Below, in pieces: positions 1-8,633 of a stretch of 15,380 nt of DNA. Each line of letters opens with the position of its first letter. Positions within the stretch are counted from its first letter, which is position 1. Source of the stretch: Candidatus Heimdallarchaeota archaeon B3_Heim (GTDB lineage Archaea; Asgardarchaeota; Heimdallarchaeia; Hodarchaeales; Hodarchaeaceae). The position numbers and the translations under genes were made by a program. The notes below the pieces were generated by a model. The model was not told the DNA's origin. It did not search any database and was given only the letters and a program-made list of their open reading frames with translations. Where the stretch lies: positions 1 through 15,380 of the forward strand of contig NJBF01000057.1 in the NCBI GenBank assembly GCA_003144275.1. The letters run 5' to 3'.

Positions 1-1
1 T

Positions 2-109
2 GATTGGCTAGATTATGATCAGAAATACGGCAGTACTCTTCCAAATCTTCTAACTGCCCTCATAAAAGTAGTTCCTTCAATGGAGGTGACGCGTTGTAAA
101 AGCTATTAA
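2..109 (+). CDS. 3' end of a gene truncated by the window start (unknown product)
   Basis: Frame 2 is open from the window edge (DWLDYDQKYGSTLPNLLTALIKVVPSMEVTRCKSY) to TAA at 107-109, 40 nt before the next gene on the same strand. No family motif recognised. Confidence 0.4.
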   Translation, partial: DWLDYDQKYGSTLPNLLTALIKVVPSMEVTRCKSY

Positions 110-149
110 AAAAAAAGTGGAAAAAAAGACGAATTGAAGAGATATACAA

Positions 150-959
150 ATGAAAATTGCGATTTTATACTTCTCAGGAACAGGAGTTACAGAAGAATAC
201 GCGAATATTATAGCCGATGAACTAGAACAGAAAGGAGAGGTAATATCACTCCATAATATCACTAGTTTTAAAGCTAGGGAAACAAATATTGATTTTATAG
301 AATGTGACGCGCTTATTTTTGGTTTTCCTGTTTATGGGGGTCGACTCCCCCCTGTTACCGAGGCATGGCTTTCCCTCTTAGAAGGAAACCAACGATGCTC
401 CATGTACTTTACGTACGGAGGCCGAGATCTAGAATGGGCTCATCAAATCGGGTATCACTTGTTATCAAAAGCGAAGTTTACGGTGGTTTTATCAGCAGAA
501 CTGCTTGGAAAGCATTCCTTCAATGTTGCAAAAGGGTGGAACTTGGCGTTCGATCGTCCAAGCTCCCATGATATCGTGACAGCAAAAAATTTTGCTTTTG
601 AATCGCTGAAACGCTTTCAAGGAAGTGAAATAAAGTGGGATTATGATTTGGAGGGCTTTCATTATCATCCATGGGAAACAAAGGAATATTATGGCCCTTT
701 TAGTATATTTTTTCCTTTTAAAACCCAAGACTGCCGAATGTGCTATCAATGTGAAAAAGAATGCCCAACTCAGGCGTTTAATTTGTCATTAGGAAAAGCA
801 ACGAATGGAGTATGTATCCAATGCATGCGGTGCGTAACAATTTGTCCAGACCATGTCATTGAGGTGGGAGATGCTACCGAATTGTTCCAGCAATTCAAAG
901 AGACACTCGATTTGAGTCCAGAGAATGTCAAAAATAAGAAAAGCAGAATAATCTATTAG
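150..959 (+). CDS. Flavodoxin-domain / 2x[4Fe-4S] ferredoxin fusion (EFR1-like ferrodoxin)
   Basis: N-terminal flavodoxin FMN loop YFSGTGVT, plus FGFPVYGG and FTYGG. C-terminal pair of CxxCxxCxxxCP motifs (CRMCYQCEKECP, CIQCMRCVTICP). Confidence 0.9.
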   Translation: MKIAILYFSGTGVTEEYANIIADELEQKGEVISLHNITSFKARETNIDFIECDALIFGFPVYGGRLPPVTEAWLSLLEGNQRCSMYFTYGGRDLEWAHQIGYHLLSKAKFTVVLSAELLGKHSFNVAKGWNLAFDRPSSHDIVTAKNFAFESLKRFQGSEIKWDYDLEGFHYHPWETKEYYGPFSIFFPFKTQDCRMCYQCEKECPTQAFNLSLGKATNGVCIQCMRCVTICPDHVIEVGDATELFQQFKETLDLSPENVKNKKSRIIY

Positions 960-1018
960 TCTAATCAAAAAAAAAGACGACTCAAATAGAAAACAAGTTT
1001 CAAAAACAGAAAATTTCG

Positions 1019-1078
1019 GAGAAAAGGGAGGGAGGAGTTTGGAAGAAACTAGCACTCCCCTACACTGGATGGTAGTGA
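1019..1078. repeat. Dispersed intergenic repeat, copy A
   Basis: GAGAAAAGGGAGGG (1019-1032) and CCCCTACACTGGA (1057-1069) are identical to 2830-2843 and 2861-2873. The 22-nt core 1057-1078 is 18/22 identical to copy B, and all four differences are transitions. Confidence 0.9.
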
Positions 1079-1116
1079 AAAAGAACGTCTGATTGATACC
1101 AAGAGAGTCAGGAAGC

Positions 1117-1168
1117 TCTGAATTTAAACCCATCTAGGAGGAGTTCAGAATTCCCTTCAGTGGGAATT
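1117..1168. other. Two adjacent inverted repeats (hairpins) between convergent genes; possible terminator or structured RNA
   Basis: TCTGAATT (1117-1124) can pair with GAGTTCAGA (1141-1149) using one G-U pair. AATTCCC-ttcagt-GGGAATT (1149-1168) is a perfect 7-bp stem. Confidence 0.5.
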
Positions 1169-1188
1169 ACCGCAGAAGAGGTTAAATC

Positions 1189-2052
1189 CTAGAAGATTGC
1201 ATTAAAGAGGGAAAAAAGCGTTTTAATCCCCTTCTTATCAATATCAATTTTTGGATGGTAACAAGCAATACTAATTCCAACTAATTTATTGGTTTTCAAT
1301 ATAAGAGTGAGAAACTCAAGGATTTCATTGTATGAAAAGCCTCCTTTAACTGGATAATAAATAGCTGGCATAATCCGTTTATCCAAAACATCAACATCAA
1401 AATGAAGCCAGATGGGTAAATTGGGATTCTGGAATGAGCTAAGACTTCTAGAAAAGGTGGATCTAATCCCATTCTCTAAGATTGATTTTCGATCAATAAC
1501 TACGATATTCGAGGTTTCAATTAATTCGTATTCCTTTATTCCATATACAACAACATTTTCCTCATCTAATAAAGGACCACGACCCGTCATGCAGACAATT
1601 TCTTCAGATAAATAGCCTGTAAGGGCAGCTAATTCTAGATCTGCGGGTTCACCTGTTGAAGAAGTAGTAATATCATGAAAATCAGCATGTCCATCAAGAA
1701 AAAAAAGGTTCACGGGGAAATTTCGAGCTTTAAAAGCATCAAATATACCCATTAAAATACTACAGTCGCCCCCAAATACCATCGAGAAATTATCTTTATC
1801 CAGTACATCAACTAATGTCTTAGACAAGCTCAAAGATACATCTCGCCAAACATCAAAATTTAGGATCTTTGTACCAGGGTCTTTTCTATTCGAACATGAA
1901 GGAATGTCCAGATCTCCCATATCACTTACCTGATGGCCTTTACTCTGAAGGAAGGAAAGCAATCCCTCATCTCTAAACGATTGACCTGGATTTTCAAGCT
2001 CAGGAGCCGTTCCATCTCCATTAAAAGGAGCTCCAAGAATTGAAATTTTCAT
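1189..2052 (-). CDS. Arginase/ureohydrolase-family metalloenzyme, atypical subgroup
   Basis: GAPF, GGDCS, DGHADF and HFDVDVLD motifs of the arginase fold. GGDH is replaced by GGDC, and the usual catalytic His and late Glu motifs are not evident. Confidence 0.88.
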   Translation of the reverse strand: MKISILGAPFNGDGTAPELENPGQSFRDEGLLSFLQSKGHQVSDMGDLDIPSCSNRKDPGTKILNFDVWRDVSLSLSKTLVDVLDKDNFSMVFGGDCSILMGIFDAFKARNFPVNLFFLDGHADFHDITTSSTGEPADLELAALTGYLSEEIVCMTGRGPLLDEENVVVYGIKEYELIETSNIVVIDRKSILENGIRSTFSRSLSSFQNPNLPIWLHFDVDVLDKRIMPAIYYPVKGGFSYNEILEFLTLILKTNKLVGISIACYHPKIDIDKKGIKTLFSLFNAIF

Positions 2053-2055
2053 GAT

Positions 2056-2691
2056 CTACATCTCTATTTTCCTTGGTTCTCTCACCATCTCCCAAAAATG
2101 AAAATCAGCACCAGGAGCACGCCCCTCATACAAAGTTTGAAAGCCATATTTCGAGTAAATATGCATATTTTTTTCCGTCTGTGTTTCCAAATAGATCAGG
2201 AAACCTTCTATGTCGGCCTTTGCAAACATCGGTTTCAGTAATCTTCCCCCAAACCCCTGGCCTTGGAATTCTGGTAAAACACCGATTGATTGAAGATAGA
2301 AATACGCCCTATCTTTCATATGCTCTCTACGATCGTTATCAATTTGATCAAATAGCTTCTCAACTCTCTTGCCAATTTCTCTTCCCATTTTAAAGGCAGC
2401 TCTAAAAGCTCCACTTCTAAGAATTCTCCATATTGATTTCTCCACCGTTGTATGTGGCACCCACGCAACAATTCCTTCAAGATTTTCCGTAGGAGCATAA
2501 ACTGCTCCATACTTCAATGAATAACGTACCACATATTCAAAAACTGAAGGTAGCTTCTCTTTTCTCGAGTTTTCATCTGTAATTACATATATCCATGCAG
2601 GATCGTTGTGAAAAGCTTTTCCTAAAACGTGACATGCGGTTTCTATATCCTTTTTCTGGATTTTGTACAAATCCTCAATCTTATAAGACAT
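2056..2691 (-). CDS. GNAT-family N-acetyltransferase (puromycin-acetyltransferase-like architecture)
   Basis: AFHNDP near the N-terminus, acetyl-CoA motif A IGVLPEFQGQGFGG, YLET and N..IY.KYGF. The start is placed at ATG 2691 because the ORF-track GTG (2700) lies inside an AGGTGG RBS 5 nt upstream of that ATG. The stop is 3 nt from the arginase start. Confidence 0.92.
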   Translation of the reverse strand: MSYKIEDLYKIQKKDIETACHVLGKAFHNDPAWIYVITDENSRKEKLPSVFEYVVRYSLKYGAVYAPTENLEGIVAWVPHTTVEKSIWRILRSGAFRAAFKMGREIGKRVEKLFDQIDNDRREHMKDRAYFYLQSIGVLPEFQGQGFGGRLLKPMFAKADIEGFLIYLETQTEKNMHIYSKYGFQTLYEGRAPGADFHFWEMVREPRKIEM

Positions 2692-2758
2692 GATTTCCAC
2701 CTAAATAGCAATTTTCAGTCATCCAAGTATCTACCGACATGATTTTTCAGCCATTCAA

Positions 2759-2765
2759 TTATATA
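2759..2765 (-). promoter_or_regulatory. Candidate TATA box for the GNAT-arginase operon
   Basis: Minus-strand TATATAA preceded by purine-rich GAAACAGAAGC, about 70 nt upstream of ATG 2691. Motif match only. Confidence 0.3.
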
Positions 2766-2829
2766 TGCTTCTGTTTCATCCAGGTATTAGCTTTGAAACC
2801 TTGAACTAAGAAAAAGAAAAAATAGCATT

Positions 2830-2882
2830 GAGAAAAGGGAGGGGATTCTCAAGGAGAAAACCCCTACACTGGACGACGGTGA
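2830..2882. repeat. Dispersed intergenic repeat, copy B
   Basis: Shares exact 14-mer and 13-mer blocks with copy A. The core 2861-2882 is 19/22 identical to copy D. Contains the hairpin GGGG-A-TTCTC-AAG-GAGAA-AA-CCCC (2841-2864). Confidence 0.9.
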
Positions 2883-3116
2883 GTACACGCCACAAAGAGA
2901 AGTACACCTTTCTTTCACATGAATTAAATTTCATAGACAATGTCGGTATAAGAGAAAGTTATCCTATATCAACTTTAGGTACTCAAACTAAGAAAATAAT
3001 CGCTTTAACAAAAAATACTCATAGTAAGTAAATCAAATCAGAATATCCATCTGTAGTTCCTATCTATGGAAATTTAACTAGATTAAATCTGGAAATAAAT
3101 TCCTACAAATCAACTA

Positions 3117-3124
3117 TTATAAAT
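3117..3124 (+). promoter_or_regulatory. Candidate TATA box for the permease operon
   Basis: TTATAAAT about 60 nt upstream of ATG 3186. Motif match only. Confidence 0.3.
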
Positions 3125-3185
3125 AAGTAAAAGAGAATTAATGCTATTTAGTTTTTCGAGAAGATAAATCCTCAAAGAAATTCAT

Positions 3186-6161
3186 ATGACGATAATAGGA
3201 AGTCAAAATCACGTGTCATTAAAAATAACCGTTACAAAAGTAATAAATCCCTTAATTTTAACCTATGAACTTATGGTAACGAATAGACGGCTAATAGTTC
3301 CGACAATGATAGGACTTATCATAGCACTAACCGTTATATCTGAAACAAATGTAATGATTGACTCTTATCGTCAAGAAATATTCGAAGAAATGATTTTCAA
3401 CCAGAGTAACAGATTCAATGGAGATATTCAAATCGGTATGGATTATTCTTCTGTGTCCGATTATTCAAATTTCGAGGATCTAAAGAGTATTTTTAATCAA
3501 ACTGCAGAATTATACAATTACCAAGAAAGAATTCTTGAATCTCAATGGTATAGTTCCCAAACTGTTGGTTTTTGGGTCAAGAATGAAAGGGAGTATGGAA
3601 CATATTGGGAGTTCAGAGATTTAGAATTGTATTCTTCTGGAGCACCAGAGTTTTATTCAAAAATCCTACCCTTTCTAGATGGGGAACTACCAGCAAATTC
3701 TAGTGAAGTAATCCTAATTCGTCCTGAGGGTAATCCAGTCTCATCATGGGAAATTGAGGAAGAAAATCAATATGAGAATTTTACGTTAAATAATCAAGTA
3801 AATATTAGTCTAAGAAACTATGAGGGACCATCAGTAAATAAAACTGTCACAATTACAGGAATCTTAACCTATCCTCGAGAAGATGAATACAAGATTCTAA
3901 TGGATTCAGGAGAAGCAGGTGATACCTCAATTTCTGAAGTGAATACAACACTGGAGTTACTCAGAAAATATCTGGATCCATATACCTTCAATCCATATAG
4001 GTCCGCTAGATTCTATTTACTGACAGACCCTATTATGTTTAAAGAATTACTAGAAGACCTTTCAGAAGGGTTAAGCGAAGGATTTTGGGGTGCACGAGTC
4101 CGTGGAAAGATATTTTTTGATCATTCACAAATGGATGCATATAACGTGGGACAAGAAATATCATCCCTGCGGAAATTCCTCCAAGGATTAGAAGAAGCCT
4201 ATCAGAAGGAGGGTTATCACGGTTATGTATACTCCAATGTTTTAGACCAGATGCAATTTTATCAAATGCAAATTTTTGTCTTAACAATAATGTTATTGCT
4301 CGTAAGTTTTCCTGTTATTTGTATCGCTCTTTATTTAGTCATCTATTCTTTTGGATTGATACGTCGTCAGAAACAGGATCAAATTGGTATTTTAAAGACA
4401 CGAGGAGGATCCTCAGTTCAAATTTTCACAGTCTTACTAGGAGAAATGATAATCTCAACTCTAATAACAGTTGTGGCTGGATTTGTCATAAGCATCTTTT
4501 TTGCAGACTTAGTGATGCGATCGAGTGATTTTCTCGTTTTTCTTGGAACACCTGTGCCAGTAAAGGCAACCCTCAATTCACTCCAAACCTTAATCATTTG
4601 GGGATTGATAATATCCTTACTCCTAAATTTCGTTCGCATTTTCAAGATGAGTCGCCAAAAAATAATGGAAACAATTATTCCAACGGAGAAACAGCCTCCT
4701 TTTTGGAAAAGATATTACCTAGATGTCATAATGTTCGCTATCGGTACGGTGACATGGCTTATCCTTCTAACCCTGATTAATAGGCCCTATACAGAGGATG
4801 CTGGAGAAGGGTACTATATAATTGTTCAAATAGTTGCATTATTAGGTATTCCAGCACCGTTCATGATGTTTTTTGGATCAATAATGGTGATTGCCCGTTT
4901 ATTCCCCTACCTAATGAAAATGTTATCGGATTTTCTGTGGCGAGTTGAAGGGGGGGTGAATGCGTTCGCTATTCGCAATGTAGTTCGACACAAGCAATCA
5001 GCAAACCGTGCAGTATTATTGATCACTCTTGCTCTCGCATTTTCAATACTCGCGTCATCCTTGATTTTTTCAGCCGATGAAACACAAAAAAATTCTCTCT
5101 ATTATCAACATGGGGCGGATATAGTAGTATCAACGGGACAAACAGCTAATGGTACCCTATTATCAATCCTTGAAGAAAATATCTCGTACATCTCAGAAGT
5201 AAGTCACGTATACGAAGCACAATATGAAACAAGAGGAACTTACTATAAATATGTACAGTGCAGGTTTATTGATCCATCTACATATGCTCAGGCTGCATAT
5301 ACTGATTCAATCTCTGGATTAAGCAACTCATTAAACCATTTGATGAATGTGATCTCCGATAACGAGAGTATTATTTTATATAAAGGGAATATGGAAGCAG
5401 AAGTTACAAAACCATCCATTGGGGATACAATCGATTTCCCATTCCAAAGTGTAAACTACACTGAATCAGTGCCTTTAAAAATTGGTGGGACGTTTAAATA
5501 CTGGCCCACTTTGTATCCTTGGGGTTGGGATGAGCCTTCTCGGTATTATTGGCTTGTGGGAAGTATAGGCTTATATGAAACCTTAAATGCATCTGGTTAT
5601 GAAATAAACAACATAAACAGTAATTATTTGGTAAAAACTACGTCCATTGATCATATTGAGGAAACTTACCTGGCTATTCAAAATCAAACGACCGCTCAGG
5701 TTTATTCGCCAGCATTAGAATTTCAAGAGTATAAAGACTCCTTTGGTCGATCATTTATGCTTTCAATCCTCAATTCAGACTTGATATTATGTGCGATTAT
5801 CTCTGTTGTAGGAGTTATAATGTTTGCATTCTTCACTTATGTAGAACGAGGAAAAGAAATTGGTGTGGAACGTGCTCTAGGAATGACGCGGCTGCAAACG
5901 GCTCAATCGTTTTTGGTGGAAGCATTAACAATCTTGTCTTTTGGAACAGTCATAGGGTTTCTAACAGGAGCCTATTTTGTAACCATGTTTTTACAAATCA
6001 TACAATTAGGGGAATCAATCCCACCGGTTACGGTGCATTATCCCTTCGTATTACTAGGCCAGTTAATTATTGCAATCTTAGTAGCCGCAGGCATTGGTAC
6101 AGTAGTACCTGCAATAATGGCCACTCGCAAAGATATCAGCAGGATTCTCAAGGTGGAGTAA
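3186..6161 (+). CDS. Large MacB/FtsX-like (type VII) ABC transporter permease with two extracytoplasmic domains
   Basis: 991-aa ORF: N-terminal TM, ~300-aa soluble domain, FtsX block (RRQKQDQIGILKTRGGS), further TMs, AIRNVVRHKQ...RA motif, second soluble domain, second FtsX block (ERGKEIGVERALGM) and C-terminal PAIMATRKDISRILKVE. Adjacent to two LolD/MacB-type ATPases. Exact start uncertain. Confidence 0.93.
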   Translation: MTIIGSQNHVSLKITVTKVINPLILTYELMVTNRRLIVPTMIGLIIALTVISETNVMIDSYRQEIFEEMIFNQSNRFNGDIQIGMDYSSVSDYSNFEDLKSIFNQTAELYNYQERILESQWYSSQTVGFWVKNEREYGTYWEFRDLELYSSGAPEFYSKILPFLDGELPANSSEVILIRPEGNPVSSWEIEEENQYENFTLNNQVNISLRNYEGPSVNKTVTITGILTYPREDEYKILMDSGEAGDTSISEVNTTLELLRKYLDPYTFNPYRSARFYLLTDPIMFKELLEDLSEGLSEGFWGARVRGKIFFDHSQMDAYNVGQEISSLRKFLQGLEEAYQKEGYHGYVYSNVLDQMQFYQMQIFVLTIMLLLVSFPVICIALYLVIYSFGLIRRQKQDQIGILKTRGGSSVQIFTVLLGEMIISTLITVVAGFVISIFFADLVMRSSDFLVFLGTPVPVKATLNSLQTLIIWGLIISLLLNFVRIFKMSRQKIMETIIPTEKQPPFWKRYYLDVIMFAIGTVTWLILLTLINRPYTEDAGEGYYIIVQIVALLGIPAPFMMFFGSIMVIARLFPYLMKMLSDFLWRVEGGVNAFAIRNVVRHKQSANRAVLLITLALAFSILASSLIFSADETQKNSLYYQHGADIVVSTGQTANGTLLSILEENISYISEVSHVYEAQYETRGTYYKYVQCRFIDPSTYAQAAYTDSISGLSNSLNHLMNVISDNESIILYKGNMEAEVTKPSIGDTIDFPFQSVNYTESVPLKIGGTFKYWPTLYPWGWDEPSRYYWLVGSIGLYETLNASGYEINNINSNYLVKTTSIDHIEETYLAIQNQTTAQVYSPALEFQEYKDSFGRSFMLSILNSDLILCAIISVVGVIMFAFFTYVERGKEIGVERALGMTRLQTAQSFLVEALTILSFGTVIGFLTGAYFVTMFLQIIQLGESIPPVTVHYPFVLLGQLIIAILVAAGIGTVVPAIMATRKDISRILKVE

Positions 6162-6167
6162 AGAAAA

Positions 6168-7043
6168 ATGGCCTTTTTAGAGTGTAATGACTTAATTAAA
6201 TTATATACTGATGAACAAAGTAAAATCCAAGTTCCCGCACTTCGAGGGGTGGAACTCACAGCCAATGAAGGAGATTTGGTGTCCATTATCGGCCCCAGTG
6301 GGTCAGGCAAAAGCACCCTGATTAATCTCATCGGGGGGATAGATAAACCCTCTTCGGGGGAAATAATTCTTGACGGGAATATTATAACGACGTTAAAAGG
6401 ACGAGAATTAACTAAATATCGAAGAAATCGTATTGGTTTCTTGTATCAATTACCCGAACGTAACTTAATCTGGAACTTAAGTGCACTCAAGAATGTAATT
6501 GTACCAATGCGACTTTCAGGCAAGTGGAGCCATAATATTCAGAAAAAGAGAGCAGCGGAACTCTTAAAAGATGTAGGGTTAGACCAAAGGAAGAACCACA
6601 AACCCCATCAACTTTCTGGAGGGGAAGCTCAACGGGCAGGCATTGCAGTCGCATTAGCTAATGATCCTGATATCATACTTGCAGATGAACCGACAGGAGA
6701 ACTGGATAGTGTAACTACTTTTAAAATCATTGATTACTTCAAACAATTAAATAAGACACTTGGAAAAACGTTTATCGTAGTTACACATGATCATCGATTT
6801 GCAAATATGACCACAAAGGCAATGAGAATTATGGATGGCCGTATTATCGGTCTACACAGAGCGATTGACCCACGGAAATCCTTTTTGGACCGAGAAGAGG
6901 TGCTATTTGTTGATGATCATGGAAACTTACGGATTCCAATAAATATCCGCAATGAGGCGGGGATCAAAAACCACGTACAAATAGAGATGCGGGATGGTTT
7001 TGCCACTATTATTCCCGTAAGAGGAGATGAACTGGATGAGTGA
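6168..7043 (+). CDS. ABC transporter ATP-binding protein (LolD/MacB type) with a C-terminal AbrB/SpoVT-like domain
   Basis: Walker A GPSGSGKS, signature LSGGE, Walker B ILADEPTG and VTHD switch. The C-terminal VDDHGNLRIPINIRNEAGIKNHVQIEMRDGFATIIP fits the AbrB swapped-hairpin pattern. GGAG RBS upstream. Confidence 0.95.
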   Translation: MAFLECNDLIKLYTDEQSKIQVPALRGVELTANEGDLVSIIGPSGSGKSTLINLIGGIDKPSSGEIILDGNIITTLKGRELTKYRRNRIGFLYQLPERNLIWNLSALKNVIVPMRLSGKWSHNIQKKRAAELLKDVGLDQRKNHKPHQLSGGEAQRAGIAVALANDPDIILADEPTGELDSVTTFKIIDYFKQLNKTLGKTFIVVTHDHRFANMTTKAMRIMDGRIIGLHRAIDPRKSFLDREEVLFVDDHGNLRIPINIRNEAGIKNHVQIEMRDGFATIIPVRGDELDE

Positions 7044-7728
7044 AAAAACCAGGAAAATTATTGAACTAGAGAATGTGAATCGTCGATATAATATGGGGGA
7101 TTATACAGTCGATGCACTGACGAATATCAACCTCACTGTTCATGAACAAGAATTTATAATGGTAATGGGCCCATCTGGGAGTGGAAAATCAACTTTACTA
7201 AATATAATGGCTGGATTGGAAAAACCATCAGCAGGAACTATACAGATTGATCAACGAGACCTATCCACTCTCAGTGATCGTGTTTTATGTGATATCAGAC
7301 GCTATAAACTGGGATTCATTTTTCAATTCTTTAATCTCCATCCAATCCTAACGACCCTTGAAAATGTAGAATTACCAATGTTAATCAGTGGCGTTAAACG
7401 AAAAGATCGGGTTCCGCGAGCAATGGCCATGTTGGAAATGGTAGGTTTGGAAAAACGCCAACACCATCTCCCTCATGAACTCTCAGGAGGAGAAAAACAG
7501 CGAGTTGGCATTGCCCGATCCCTAGTAAATGATCCTAGTGTTATATTGGCAGATGAGCCAACAGGTGACCTTGATTCTACCACTGGAACTGAAATCATGA
7601 GCTTATTAATGCAGATGAATGAAGAACTTCACAAAACAATTGTATGTGTTACCCATGATGAAGCGATGTTAAAACCTAACATACGGTTAATTAAAATGGA
7701 AGATGGAAAAATCATTTCTGATACTTGA
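7036..7728 (+). CDS. ABC transporter ATP-binding protein (LolD/MacB type)
   Basis: [39 protein letters not shown] and VTHD. The start is placed at ATG 7036 (ATGAGTGA overlap with the upstream stop) rather than 7027. Confidence 0.95.
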   Translation: MSEKTRKIIELENVNRRYNMGDYTVDALTNINLTVHEQEFIMVMGPSGSGKSTLLNIMAGLEKPSAGTIQIDQRDLSTLSDRVLCDIRRYKLGFIFQFFNLHPILTTLENVELPMLISGVKRKDRVPRAMAMLEMVGLEKRQHHLPHELSGGEKQRVGIARSLVNDPSVILADEPTGDLDSTTGTEIMSLLMQMNEELHKTIVCVTHDEAMLKPNIRLIKMEDGKIISDT

Positions 7729-8627
7729 TACATATACAAAGAGTGGAGCGATTACATATGCAACCATTGAGACTACAGAAGGAGTTTGATCTATTATATG
7801 AAAAAGAATTTCTATTACCTGGCGATAAACAACAAGATATTCAGATAAATAAGCATGAACATGAAATTTGGGCCAAGGTTTTTTGGCGGAGACGATTTAG
7901 ACACGCCAAGAGAGAGGATCCTGAGCTACAATTTGTATTCCAACAAAACCCCTCTACACTACTTGAAATTGGAGCTGGCTACGGGAGAGTACTAAGAAAA
8001 CTCGTAGAAAGGAACGGAGGGAATAAAAAAATGAGAAGCATTCAAGGAATAGACATTTGTGAACATTTTGCACCCTATTTTCACCTTTACAAAACAGAAT
8101 ATCCCTCGTTACGAAACGTTGAAATGATATATGATAATTTTCTAGAGTCACAGAAGCTAAAAGAGAATTCATGTGACATCATTTTATTACCTATGAATAC
8201 CATACCGAGTTTTTCGATAGACCTTTTAAAAACACTCTTTATAACAGTAGGTAGATACTTAACAAAAGATGGGATGTTCTTATTTTCTAATTATAAAATT
8301 CCAGACAAAGAACGAGTGTCTGCGTTAATTAATAGGAGACAAGGTCATTCTGGGGAACTATTATTAGAATTGGGATCAGGATTTATCGCAGCAGAATATT
8401 ATGACCTCCCAGCAAGAAAAACAGAATATGGGGCATATAATGTCACTTATGCGCGCTATAATACCTTTTCTCGTGATAACACTTTACAGAAAAAAGAACT
8501 TTTTCGCTCGCAAACAGAGTTTATTTTACATCAACATTTACAGAAAATAATTGAAACCTGTGGGCTTTCTATTGAGATTTTTGATGATACCAGCCATTCA
8601 TTTACATATGGATTAACCAAGCAGTAA
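7725..8627 (+). CDS. Class I SAM-dependent methyltransferase
   Basis: Motif I LLEIGAGYGRV, acidic motif II GID, YDNF, motif IV DIILLPMNT, and YLTKDGMFLF. The start is either TTG 7725 (TTGA overlap with the ATPase stop) or ATG 7758 (GGAG 9 nt upstream). Confidence 0.88.
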   Translation: MIHIQRVERLHMQPLRLQKEFDLLYEKEFLLPGDKQQDIQINKHEHEIWAKVFWRRRFRHAKREDPELQFVFQQNPSTLLEIGAGYGRVLRKLVERNGGNKKMRSIQGIDICEHFAPYFHLYKTEYPSLRNVEMIYDNFLESQKLKENSCDIILLPMNTIPSFSIDLLKTLFITVGRYLTKDGMFLFSNYKIPDKERVSALINRRQGHSGELLLELGSGFIAAEYYDLPARKTEYGAYNVTYARYNTFSRDNTLQKKELFRSQTEFILHQHLQKIIETCGLSIEIFDDTSHSFTYGLTKQ

Positions 8628-8633
8628 AGAATT

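Noticed and set aside
31-37. CAGTACT matching the IS terminus, suggesting a large composite element
   Set aside because: Only 7 nt match, it lies inside a probable coding tail, and the next bases diverge from the TIR.
1026-1037. G-quadruplex potential of GGGAGGGAGGAG
   Set aside because: Only two G3 runs, which is insufficient for a canonical intramolecular G4.
1019-1121. Cobalamin-riboswitch-like fragments (AAAAGGGA, CCCC..ACTG, GAGTCAGGAAG)
   Set aside because: No GGGAA/T-loop P4, no GCCACUG-GGGAAG B12 box and no GACCUGCC. Spacing is wrong and copy D lacks ACTG.
1122-1187. Integron attC-like site after the arginase stop (minus-strand ATTTAAC ... GTTTAAAT)
   Set aside because: The partner does not fit GTTRRRY, no other gene shows the pattern, genes face both ways, and no integrase is present.
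1057-2873. TCCAGTG followed by a G-string resembles archaeal origin recognition boxes (ORB)
   Set aside because: The central GAAA(C/T) segment is missing and the G-run is too close. The copies are kilobases apart, and there is no cdc6/orc1 gene in the window.
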